DNA from: Scenedesmus sp. PABB004
Lineage: Eukaryota
Direction of reading: 5' to 3'
Assembly (NCBI GenBank): GCA_014905635.1
Contig: CM026547.1
Span: forward strand, 310,001-374,000
Length of the DNA stretch: 64,000 nt
Under the pieces are notes generated by a model. That model worked only from the letters and a program-made list of their open reading frames with translations. It did not search any database and was not told the DNA's origin. Within the stretch, counting starts at the first letter, position 1. Every line of letters starts with the position of its first letter. Below are positions 46,898 to 58,800 of this stretch, piece after piece. Made by a program: the position numbers and the translations under genes.

Positions 46898-49273
46898 TCA
46901 GCTGCCCCAGTACCGCACCGGCGGCCGCGTCGGCGCGGCGTCGGGGCGGCCGCTCAAGGCGACAAGCGCGTCGACCGCCCACGACCGGAACGCATAGTCG
47001 CCCGGCACCCGCCCCGTCGCGGCGAGCACGCTGCGCACGTACTCGTCGGCCTGCGAGTAGAAGGCCTGGTAGGCCTTGAACAGCGGCGTGTCGCGGTTGC
47101 CCGCGTCGACGAGGCCGTAGCCGCGGTACGCGCCGCTGCGCGTCTGCTCGTTGTCGAACAGCGTCCACCACAGCACGTGCGGCGCGCCCCACGCGACCGC
47201 CGACGCGGCCGCCCAGCAGCCGCGCGCGCGCTGCAGCTCGGGCGTGGGCGCGTAGATGGCAACGTTGTCGTCGCGGTTGCTGCGCCGCGGCGGTGCGGAC
47301 GCGGCGCGTCAGGGGCGGCGCGGGCGGGCGGGCGGGCGGGCGGGCGCACCGCTGGCGGCGCCAAGCAGGCGCCGGGCGGCGCCCGCCTCTGCCGCGCGCC
47401 CGTGCGCCGCGGCGGCCGTGTCAAAGTGAAACTCACCGCATGTCAAAGTAAAACTCGCCCACAAACACGCGCGGCTGCGGGACGCCCGCCTTGGCCGGCA
47501 GCGCCGCCGCGGCGGCGTCCATCGCCCTGTGCAGCGCGGGCGACGGGTTCCACTCGCGCAGGCTGTCGCCGCCGACGCTGATCGACACGTAGTCGAGCGC
47601 GGGCTTGACCGCGCCGATGACGGTGTTGACCATCGACGCCCACGCGCGCCCGCGCTTCATGCTCTGCTCCACCAGGTTGGCCTCGGCGTAGTGCCACACA
47701 AAGACCTGTGCGGACGCCGGCCAGCGGCGCGGCGCGGCGCGGCGCGGCGCGGCGGCGGCGGTCAGGCCGCGGCGCGCCGGGCGGCAGCGCGGCGGCAGCG
47801 CGGCGGCGCGCGGCGGCGCGCGCGCGGCCCGCCCGGCGCGCGCGCCCTGGCCGCCCCCGCGCGCACGTTTTTCGCCCAGGGCGCGGCGCGCTTGGCGTCG
47901 TCGATCGCGCGCTGCTTGTCCGAGAGCAGCTTGATCATGGCGGCGACCTTCTTGGGGTTTGCGGGCGCGTCCTTGTTGAAGGCGTCCCGGATCGCCCAGT
48001 CGCCCTCCCAGTGCCCCACCCAGAACGACTTGCCGGAGTTGTTGTACCTACGACGTGGCGCGGCGCGGCGGCTCGGCCGCGAGCCGCGCCGGCCGGGCGC
48101 GCGCGCACCCGCACGCGCCGCACACGCCGCCGCCGCCACGCGCGCGAACGCGCGGCCGCGCGCACCGCTTGAGCAGGTGCGTCGTGAGGCGGCGCATCTC
48201 GGCGTACACGTCAATTCCGTCGATGTCGGTCCAGGTCATGTCCCGCCCCGGCGGCGGCGTGCGGCCGGCCCAGAAAATGAAGGTCCGGAAGGGCATGTCA
48301 AACAACGTCTGGTACGGCAGCTCGCCGTGCGTGACGAGCGCGAGCCAGCCGCGCTTCTCCAGCGCCTGCGGCGGCGCGGCGCCGGCCGGCGCGCAGGGCA
48401 GGGGCTCGGGGCGGCGCCCGCGCGCGGGCGATGTGCACGGGGCGGGCGCTGCGGTCGGGCGCGTCGCCGCCGCCGCCGCCGCCGCCGCACCGCGATGGGC
48501 TTGCCGCTCGCGCGCTGGTTTTTGAGGTCAAACTTGAACGCCGTCGACCCCGCGGCCAGCAGGCGGCGCGCCGCCTCGAGCACGTGGTGCTCGCTGGTGA
48601 ACTGATACAGCGGCATCGCGACCTATATGCAGGCAGCACCAGCACCAGCAGCAGGTCGGAGCGGCAGCAGCAGCAGGTCAGCGTCGCCGAGCGCGGCCGG
48701 CCGGGCGCCGCGCGGCGCGCCGCTGCGTGGGCGGTGCGCGCCCGCACCTGCGAGCCGACGATCTTGGGGAACTGCACCACCGCCAGCTCGCTCACGGGCG
48801 CCGCCGCGACGCGCGCGGCCGCGGGTGTTGGCGCGCGGACGGTGCGAAACTCGCACGTGGTCGCGAACGGCGGGCACTCCCAGCTGCTGTTGACGCGCAC
48901 CGGGTAGCGGGGCACGCGGACGCACTGCCCCGGCCGGGCGCAGACCTGCAGCGACGCGGCGGCGGCCGCGGCGGCGGCCGCGCCGGCCTGCGGCAGCGGC
49001 GGCGGCGCGTGGGCGGTGGGCGCGGGCACGTGGCGCGCCGCTGCGTGCCGGGATCGGCCGCCAGCACTTTCACGCAACGCTGGGGCCGGGTCCGGGCGCC
49101 TGCGACGGCGCTGCGCGCCGGGGCCGGGCGCTGCTGCCCGCGGCCCCGCGCGGCCGCACCTTGGCCGGCGCGGCCCGGGATGCCTGTTCGGAAGGCGCAC
49201 CAGCTGCCGGCGCTGCTGCCAGCACCACGCTCAGCAGCAGCGCCAGCGCCAGCGCGGCGGGAGCGCCGCGCAT
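46898..49273 (-). CDS. Secreted uncharacterised protein, possible clan GH-A-like TIM-barrel glycoside hydrolase of bacterial character; multi-exon
   Basis: Signal peptide MRGAPAALALALLLSVVLA. Exons give YNNSGKSFWVGHWEGDW, KQRAIDDAKR, WHYAEANLV, LDYVSIS, RVFVGEF, WGAPHVLWWTLFDNE and RGYGLVD. Confidence 0.65.
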
Positions 49274-49666
49274 GGCGTGCGCGCTCTCACGCCAGCGTGG
49301 CGTGCTTACGAAAAAAGGCGCCGCTGGCACGTGCGAGCGGAACAGGTTATCTGACCGGCTGGGGAGCGCCGGGCGGGCTTGCCTGCTGTCGTCACCGGGC
49401 AGCTGGCAGCAGCAGCAGCTGGGTCGTCGTCGTCACTCGCCGGCGCGCAGAAGTGTGTGTGCGAGCGCGGTTCGCAGCACAGACTCCGTGACGTCCAGCA
49501 ACCTTTCATGACGACGCCTCACGTTGCCTGAGCCACCGCGCCAACTCGCCCACGACCCAATGACCGAAACAAAAACGCGTGCAGCGGGCTCAGTGCACGC
49601 CATAATATTCGCCGCTGCACTGGACGAGACAGGACCAGCAATAAACAGGTCACGAGCAGCATCACA

Positions 49667-51769
49667 TCACATCGCGAGCAGCCGCAGCTGCTCCGCGCCG
49701 CCCGGCTGCGGCTGGTCCGCGCCGCCGCCGCCGCCGCCGCCGCCGGCGCTGCCGCCGACGGCCGCAAACGCCGCCGCGTCGGCGGCGCCCGGCGCGGCCG
49801 CGCCCGCGCCCGCGTCGGCCTCGCCCCCGAGCGCGAGCGCGGCCGCGACGTCTGGCAGCGCCGCGACGACCGCCTCGCTCGGGTGCTCCACGCGCACGCC
49901 GCGCGGCAGGTGGGGCACGTGCTCGGCGTAGATCCCCGCGACGCCCTGCGCGGCGCACGACTCGCCCACCGGCAGGCAGGCGCAGAGGTTGCCGGCGCAG
50001 CCGAGCAGCCAGGCGTCGAGCGCGGCGCGCGCGGCGCCGGCGTCGCGCGGCGGCAGGCTGGCTGTCACCGCCACGGCGAGGCTGGTGTTGGCGCCTGCGC
50101 CGGCGCCGGGCGCAGCCGACGCGGGCTGCGGCACGCGCGCGCGCGCGGGGGCGCGCACGGGCGCGGTGCGTCAGAGACTGGGGTTGAGCCCCCGCTCGCG
50201 TCGGGGCGAGCCCTCGCGGGGCGAGCCCCCGCTCGCCCAGGCGCGGGCGTGAGCGCGCCCGCGCGGTGAGCGCCGCGCTCACCGTGCAGCCGATGACGCC
50301 GGCCTTGACCTTGGCGGCCGCCACGCCGGCAAGCGCGCGGTCCGCGAGCACCGCCAGCAGCGAGCGCAGGCGGTCAGCCGCCGCCGGCTCGGGGCAGCGC
50401 TCGCAGCCGGCGCAGAGGCCATACTGCACCGTCGCGCGCAGCACGAGCAGCCCCGGGGCTGGCCGGTACGAGGCATTCCAGCACGCCGCGTCGAGCGTCA
50501 GCAGCCGGCCGTCCGGCGCGCACGAGCCCTCCAGCGCAGCCAGGGGGTAGACCTGCGGCGGGCCCGCGCGGGCGCGCGTGGGCTGGCAGCGGCGGCGGCA
50601 GTCGCGGCCGCGCGGGCGCGCCCCCGCCCCAGGCGTGTGCGCGTTGCAGGCACCGCCGCGCCGCTGCCGCTGCTGCTGCTGCCGCGCCTGTGAGTAGTAG
50701 TAGGAGCCAGCCGGCCCGCAGTCGCTGCAGGCGCGGCCCGTCGCCGGGTCCACGCTGCCGGCCTTGTCGTAGCTGCGCCCGGCCACGGTGTAGCGGGGGC
50801 CGTGCATCGCGGGGTCCGAGAACCTGCCGGCGGCGGCGGCAGGGCGCGGGCTTGGCGCTGAGGGCGGCAGTCCCAGTGCCGGCGGCGGCGGCCCACCCGC
50901 GCCTGGGGCCGGCGCCAGCGCGCCGTCGCCGGCCCGCGGGCGCCTCACCACTTGTCCGCGTCGGCCGCGCTGGGCCGCACCCAGCGGGGGAGCTTGCCGC
51001 TGCTGATGGAGCGGCAGCGCCCCGGCGCGCGCGACGGCAGCGCGTGCGCGCCCGCGCCGCCGCTGCTGAGCGCGGCGCGGCGCGCCGCTGCCGCGAGCTG
51101 CACCGCCAGCGCTGGGTCGTACGCCCCCAGGCCGAAGCCGCACTCGTACGGCTGCGGCCGGCCGTCGGTGAAAAACTGGAGCAGCGAGTAGCCGGGCGCG
51201 CGGCCCCTGCGGGGCGGGAGGGGCGGCCCGGCTGAGCGATGGCGCTGCGCGCGCGCGCGTGCCAGGCTGGCGGCGGCGGCGGCCCGCCGGCGCCGCGCTC
51301 ACTCGCACGCGACGACCTCGGTCACCACCTCGTCTGGGTGCAGCGCGATGAAGCCGTCCGGCGTGCCGCCGGCGCCGCAGAGCGGCGGCTGCTTGACGCC
51401 GTAGTCGTCCTCGAGCGCGAGCCCGGTCACGTACCCGGCATCGTCTAGCCAGCAGGCGATGCCCGCCACGCGGCCGGGCGTGGAGCAGTCGAGGCGCGTG
51501 GCCACCAGCCCTGACGCTGCGGGGCGGCCGAGAGGGCGGCCGGAGGCACGGCGGTGCGTGTACTGCTGCCGCTGCGGCGGGTGCCCCTGGCGCCGCCGCG
51601 GGCGGTCCCAGCGGCGACGCGACGCGATCCAAGCAGATGCTGCTGAGATGGCTGGCGATCGCTGGCGGGCGCGCCGCCGCGGGGGTCAATGCGTCGGTTG
51701 GCGGCCGAGCGCCGCACCGGTCGCGCGCGCCAGCGCCAGCGCCAACGCCAGCACCAGCGCGCCGGCCAT
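49667..51769 (-). CDS. Secreted Cys-rich protein with possible jacalin-like (beta-prism) N-terminal domain; multi-exon
   Basis: Signal peptide MAGALVLALALALARAT. Exons give GYVTGLAL...FIALHPDEVVTEVVAC and YSLLQFFTDGRPQPYECG, with several CxxC/Cys pairs downstream. Confidence 0.55.
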
Positions 51770-52149
51770 TCGCAGCCGCTCACGGCACTGCATGGCGCAG
51801 GTCGGGGGCGCCGCCGGCCGCGGCTGCTCGCCGCCGGCGGACGCGGCGGGCGCGGCGGGCGGGCCTTGAGGGAAGGCCACGAGCGAGCACCGAGGCGGGG
51901 CCGTAAGCGTCGTGAGAGCGCACAGGGCGAACTGAGCAGCGCCGGGCCGGTTACCGGTGGTCGCCGTCCGACGGCGGCGGTTGCGGCCCTCGCGTCTCAC
52001 GCCCGCGTCTCACGGTTCGGTTGCGGCACGCCGCGTGCGCCGCCGCCGCCGCCTGGTCCGCCCACACCATCCCGCACACTCCCAGCCGCCGCACCCCTCC
52101 CTGGCAGCGCCCGCCCGCCCCGCCCCGCCCCGCGCGGCAGCGCGCGCGC

Positions 52150-53870
52150 TCAGCCCTCGTCCATGGCTGCCGCGCCGTCCTGCTGCTGCTGCCGCTGCTG
52201 CTCCTCCTCCTCCGCGGCGAGCGCGGAGGGCATCGCGCCCGCCTGCAGCGCCTGCTCCAGCCGCCACGCGTCCTCCAGCGTCTGCGCGTTGGCCACCGCC
52301 GCCTTGATGGCCGTCAGCTGGTCCGCGCTCGGCGCCGACGTCGGCTTGGCCGCCGCGGCGGCGCCCTCGCCGTTGGCGTCAGCGGCGCCGCCGTCCGCGG
52401 CGGCGGCGCCCGCGCCCTCGCCGCCCTCCGCGGCGGCCTGCTCCTCCGTCTCCATGGCCTGCTCCGGCAGGCCCTCCCCGGGCTCAAACGTGTTGTCCCG
52501 GCCCTCCGCCGCCGCGGCCACCTGCTGCTCCAGCGTGCCGTAAACCGTCTCAGCCTGCTCGCGCTCCTGCGCGCGGCGCGCGGGCGCGGCGCGCGGGCGC
52601 GTGAGCCGGGGCGCAGCAGCGCAGGGCAAGTCGCGGCGGCGCGCGCGGTCCAGGGGCGTGCGCCGGCCCCCGCCACCGCGGCGCACCTTCTGCTTGACCT
52701 TTTTGAAGTCCAGGTGCTTCAGCTTGGGGCAGCGGCTGATGGTGTAGAGCCTGGCGCCGGGTCGCAGCGGCGGCGGCGGCCCGCGCGGGGTGAGCAGCCG
52801 CCGCCGCCGCCGGCCGCGCGCGGCGCCGCCCGCCGGCCGCGCGGGGGATCGCACGCCGGCCGCCCGCGCGCAGCCGCCCGCGCGCACCTGTACTCTTTTT
52901 TCAGCGCGACGGGGTTGCCCGCCAGGCTGAGGGAGTACAGCTTGGGCAGGCTGGACAGCGGGTCGATGTCCTGAGGCACACAGACAGCGGCGGCAGCGGC
53001 AGACGAGTGAGCGCGCGAGCGGCGGCGGCGCGGCGTTGCGCCCGGCAAGCGCGCGGCGCAGCCGCACCTTGAGCTCTGTGATTTTGTTGTTGGCCAGCAC
53101 CAGCACCTCGAGGTTGGGGATGGAGGCTGCGCAGCGGCGGCGCGACGGGGGACGCGGTTCGGCGCCGCGCGCGCGCGCCCACCGCCGCCTGCCGCCGCCG
53201 GCGGCTGCGCCGCCGCCGGCACCGCGCTGCCTCGCCGCCCGCCCCCGCCGGCGCCGCTGGCTCACTCTCGAGGCCTCTGCTGATCTTGGCGACGCGGTTG
53301 TTCGCGACGAGCAGCATTTTGAGCCGCGGCAGGCGCGGGAAGCCCTCCAGCCGCATGATGGCGTTGTCGGTGAGGTCTACGCTGTCAAACTGGTTCTGCA
53401 GGTGCGCACCGCCGGCGGGAGCGGGCGGCGAGCATGGGCTACGCGCCGCCGCTGCGTCGCCGCTGCTGCGCCGCCGCCGCTGCGCCACCGCCGCCCGCCG
53501 CGCGCCGGCGCTGCCTGCTGCCCACCGCCCGGCGGCGCTGCCCGCGCCCGCCGGCGGCGCGTGCGCGCCCGGTGCGCAGCGGCGCGCACCTCCGTGACGC
53601 CGAGGTTCTCGATGGCCCCGATCTTGTTGCCTGCGGGCGGCGGCGCGGCCGCGTGGGCGGCGCGCGGGCGCGCGGGCGCCAGCAGCAGCGGCGCGCGCGG
53701 CAGCCGCCGGCCCGCGCCGCGCCGCTCGGGCGCCGGGGCGCCTCCCCACCGCGCAGGTCGATCTCGTAGAGCTTGATGCAGCTCATGTACTGCGGGCTGC
53801 GCATGATGAGGTCCGCCGTGAGGCGCCCCGCGAGGCGGGGCCCCAGGCTGCCCGTTGGCCGCGCCTCCAT
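52150..53870 (-). CDS. SNRPA1: U2 snRNP A' protein (LRR); multi-exon
   Basis: RLTADLIMRSPQYM...EIDLRG|NKIGAIENLG|NQFDSVDLTDNAI...LANNKI|DIDPLSSLPKL..LSLAGNPV..KKEYR|LYTI...LDFKKVKQK|ER, and C-terminal IKAAVANAQTLED..RLEQAL. Confidence 0.96.
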
Positions 53871-54328
53871 GGCGCCGCCCGCGGCCGCGCCGCCGCGTGG
53901 CGTGCCCTCAGCGGCGCGTCAGCCCACGCGGCGCGTCGGGAGCGGGCGGGCTGCCGCTGGGCCCGCCTGGGCCGGCGGGGGGGAGCGCGGCGCGATGAGA
54001 TCCAAGCGCGGCGGTCGTGGCGTCGGCCTGGCGCGTGGCGGGGGCGCCTGGGGTGCGGAACTCGGCAGGGGCCAAACGAAGTCCACCGGCGGGGCCCCGC
54101 AGAACCCGCGGGACACACCGCGCAACACCCGGCCGATGCCCCGCGCCCCTGAGCAGCAGGCGCCCCTGCCGCCCCGATTGCCGTCTCGGGGTGCGCCAGC
54201 CGCCCGCCGAGGCACCGCAGGGCAGGCGCGCCGCCCCAGCACGGCGCCAGCAGGGCAGCACACCCGGTATCGACCCCTGCACCCGCGCCAGGGGCGGCCC
54301 GGGGCCCTCCTGCGCCGGCGCAGGCGCC

Positions 54329-55762
54329 ATGGCCGACGGCGCCGACGCGAACGGTGGGGCAGCGGCGGCGCGGCGGTGCCACGGCGTGCCGCGGCGGCGG
54401 CGCAGCAGCTGCAGCGGCGCACCCGCACTCGCGCCCGCGCCGCGGCCCGCAGGCGGGGAGAAGCGCCCCTTCGCCGAGCTGGTGGCGCCCCTCATCAAGG
54501 TGGGCGGGTGTGGGGACCGCCGCGCCCGCGGCCGGATGCCCGGGCGGGCGCGGCCGCCGCCCGTGCGCGCGCGGCGCCGCGCGCCGACCCCGCGCGGCGG
54601 CGCGCCGCCCCGCGCGCCCGCTCGCGGCGCAGGTGCTCCGCGAGCAGCTGGGCCCCGGCGAGCTCGACGCGGCGGCGCGCGTGAGCAAGACGTGGGCGGC
54701 GCAGCTCGCGCACGACGTGGTGCACTGTGAGATGTGCTTGCCGCGCTCGTATGAGCAGCTGCTGTGCCAGCTCGAGCAGCTCGGGCGCCGCTTCCGCAAC
54801 GTGCACAGCTGGCACCTCTGGCTGCCGGCGGGCGCCGACTGGGCGTCGATTGACGAGCTCAAGCTGCTCTGGCTGCTGGGCAGGTGCGCGCGCGCTTGCA
54901 GGACGGCCGGCGCGGGCGCCGCGGCGGCCGCGTGCGCGCGCGCGCGCCGCGCCGCGGCCGCGCTCAGCACCCCGCCTGACGCCGCCGCCCAGGTACAAGG
55001 CCGAGCGCCTCACCGTGGACGCGCGGCTCTTCTGGCACCCGCGGCAGTGCAAGCTGCCCGCCCTCGACGAAGAGAGTGAGTGCCCCGCCCCCCGGCGCGC
55101 CTGCGCCTGCCTGCTGGGCCAGCTCGCGCCGCGCCGCACCGCCGCTCATGCGCCTGCTGACATGCCCCCGCCCGCCCGCCCGCCCGCCCGTGCGGCCGCG
55201 CAGCGATGTGGTGGTTCACCTCGCTGCGCTGCCTGCAGGAGGTGGCGCTCACGCACTGCACCGTCGTCGCGCCCGCCAGCCTGCGCTACCTGGCGGTGCT
55301 GCCGGCGCTGCGCAGCCTGACGTTTGGCTTTGCGCCGGAGAGCCCCGAGGCCTGGCTGGCCGGCGGCTTGGAGGCGATGCTGCCGGCGCTGCGCCGGCTG
55401 CAGCAGGTCTCGCGCGTCACGGTCCACGTCGAGGGCGCGACGCAGCTGCCCGCGCACCTGCCAGAGCAGGCGCACGGCCTGTTTGCCGCCTGCCCGCGCC
55501 TGCTCTCGCTCACGCTGCGCCTCGGCAAGGGCTGGGGCGTGGTCAGGGACGCCGAGGGCGTGACGTTTGAACGCGTCGTGCCGCCAGACGCTGGGGACGA
55601 CTGGATCTCGCGCGCCGCGACGGCCGGCCCCGCACCGTGCGAGGGCCGCGGCGCGGCGGCCCCCGCGGCGGTGGCGGCGGCGGCTGATGGCGGCGCCAGT
55701 GCGCCGGGCGCGGCGGTGCCAGAGGTGGCGCCGCCGCCGCAGCCGCTGCAGCAGCAGCCGTT

Positions 55763-55806
<44 letters not shown>

Positions 55807-58800
55807 CGCAGGCGCAGGGCGCGCCGCCGCGGCGCAACTGGCTCGTGATGATGGACCCGCTGGCAGCCAAGACGGCGGCGGCGGCGGGCCTGGACACGTC
55901 GCTGTTCGACCTGCCCAGCCCCGGCCAGCCAGGCGCAAACGGCTGGGGCAGCGACAACGACGACGACGACTGGCCGGCCCCGGGGCGCCCCAGCGCGACG
56001 GCTCCGGCGGGCGGCGCGCCCGCGCCGCCGCCGCCAGCGCCGCCTGCAAACGCGGGCGCGGCAGGGCGCCCCGGCTGGCTGGTCGACGCACTGCAGCGGC
56101 GCCGGGGCCTGCGCGCGGCAGCCGTGCGCGAGCGCGGCGGCGGTGGCGGCGGCGGCGCTGCCCCCGCGCCACCCGCCCTCGGGGCACCCGCCCCCGCGGC
56201 GCCCGCCCCCGCGGCGCCCGCCCCCGCGCCAGGCGGCGGCGACTGGGACGCAGGGGGCCTGCTGCACGCGCTCGCCCTGGACGGCCGGGCGCTGTGCGGG
56301 CGCTGCGCGTCGCAGCTGCTGGGCGCTGACGAGCTGCAGATGATGGGCCTCGGGCCGCGCCTGGTGCAGCGCGGCGGCGGCGCGGGGCAGCATCGCTGCA
56401 GCCACTGCGGCCGGCCGGCGCGCGGCGTGCCGCAGCTCACGGCGCCGCAGGCCGCGGCCGCCGCAGCCGCGGCCAAGCCCGGCCAGCAGCCGGCGGCGGC
56501 GGCGGCGGCAGACGGCGGCGAGGCGGCGCAGCCGAGCCTTGGCAGCCAGCCGATGCCCGACGCCGAGGCTGCGGCCGAGGCGGCGGGCGGCATCGGTGGC
56601 GGCGGCCGCGCGGCGCGGCGCAGCGGCAGCCCCCTGCTCCCTGGCAGCAAGAAGGCGTGCCGCCGTGCAGCGACCGGCAGCATCGCGCCGCCCGGTGCCA
56701 CCAGCGACGGCACGGCGGAGGCAGCAGCGGCGGCCGAGGCGGCGGCCGCGGCTGCAGCTGCAGGCGGCGGCGGCGGTGCTTCTGCGGCACCCGCGCCCAG
56801 CCGTGCCGCGAGCTGCAGCGGCAGCGGCAAGGCGAGCCCCTCGGGCCTGCTGACGGCGCGCTTGAAGCGCACGCTGGACGCGGAGTGGCTCTTCCACAGC
56901 GCGCACAGCAGCCCCAACCACAGCGAGGGCGAGGCGCAGCCCCCACCGGGGCTGCCCGCGCCCCGCAGCCGCCCCAGCAGCGCGAGCAGCGCCAGCGGCG
57001 GCGGCGAGCCGGGCGCCTCGCGTGCGGCGGCACGGCGCCGTGAGCTCATGCGACGCTGGCCGGGCGGCGAGCCGGGCGGGGATGACGACGCGCCTGCCGG
57101 CCCCGGCTGCTTCGGCCGCACACGCGCCAGCTGGCGGCGCGGCTACGGCGCCGCGGCGGGCGGCGCGGCCGCGCCGCGCCGCCCGCGCCCCGCCCCCGGC
57201 TCGCTGGCCGACGCCGGCGGCGGCGGCGCCGCGTGCGGGGACGGCACGCTGGGCATGCTGCCGCTGAACCTGCTGGACCGGGAGCTCGGCCACGCCGGCG
57301 CGCCTGCGGTCGCGGCGGCGGCGGCCGCAGCGGCGGCCGCAGCGGCGGCGGCCGCCGGCCTGTCGCCAATGCAGCTGCTGGACCGCGAGCTGGGCGCGCC
57401 GGGCGCCAGCGGCGCGGCGGCCGGGGACGCAGCGGCGGCCGGGGTCGCGCCGCCGGCGCCGCCGCCGCCGCCCGAGGCGGCGGCCCAGCCGGGGTCTGAG
57501 ACGGAGCCTGAGGTGGACGCCAACGGCGACCGGCCGGGCTATGTGCCTTACGCTGCGGCGGCGGCCGCCGCCGCGGCAGCGGCCGACCTGCGCCGCGCCG
57601 ACGCTGCGCTGCGCGAGCGCGGCGGCGGCCCGCGCTCGCCGGGCAGCCGCGACAGCTGGCGCGACGGCGCGCGCCGCCCCCGGCGCGGCTGGCCAGGGCA
57701 CCGCGGCCGCGGCGGCGCGGCCGGTGCCGCGCCAGGCGCGGCGCCAGGCGCGCCTGGCGCGGCCGGCGCGGCCGGCGGCCCCGGCCGCCCGCGCGGTCGC
57801 GGCGGGCTGCTGCGCATGCTGGACAGCAGCGACGACGAGCTGGACGACCCGTGGGACGCGGCGCAGGCGTTTGGCGGCCCAGGCGCGTGGCTGCGCGCGG
57901 AGGACCGCATGTGGCGCCGGCGCCGGCGCAGGGTCGCCGGCGCACCGGGCGCGCCCGGCGCCGGCGGCGCGCTCCCGGCGCCCACGCCGCCCGCGCCGCC
58001 CGCGCCGCCCGCGGCGGGCGACGGAGTCATGGCAGCCGCCGAGGCCGCGATGGCGGCGGTGGCGGCCGTCGCGGCCGTGGCGGCGGCGGTGGCTCCGCCG
58101 CCGCCCGCGGCCGCGGCTGCGGCCGCGCCGCCCGCTGCGCCGGTGGAGCCGCTGCGGCTGGTGCAGCTCAATCGCGCCGAGGTGACGCGGCACAGCATGC
58201 TGGTGACGCGGCTGCGCCTGCTCGGCCTCGCGGGGCCGTCGGCGCTGCAGCACCGCCTGCAGCAGCAGCTCGCGTGCTCGCCCGCCATCGCGCTGCGGGA
58301 GCTGGAGCTCGGCTTTGGCGGCGGCTCCGCCGCGCTCGCGGTCCAGGGCGGCGGGCGCTTTGTGCAGCTGCTGCTGCGCCAGCTGCTGCTGCTGCGCAGC
58401 CTGCGCCTCACGGGGCTCAAGGCCTGCGAGGCGCGCGACGACGCGCCGCACCTCTGGCGTGCACTCGGGCAGCTGCGCGGGCTGACGCGGCTGTCGTTCG
58501 ACGCCGCCGTCGGCGGCGAGAGCGCGGCGCCGCTGCCCGCGCCGGCGCCGCCGCCGGGCAGCGCGGCGGCGCAGGCGGCGGCGGACCGGCACGACCCGCA
58601 GCCGGAGCCACCCGCCGCGGCCGTGACGCACCGCCTGCAGCTCGACGGCCTGCTGCTCGCGGTGCTGGGCGCGCGCATGCCGCGCCTCGCGGCGCTCGAG
58701 TTCTGCGGCGACATCGCGGCGCCCGGCGGTGCCGACCACGGGTCGCCGAGCTACGCCGGCCCCGGGCCGCTGAGCGGCCTGCCGCGCCTGTCCGGCCTCG

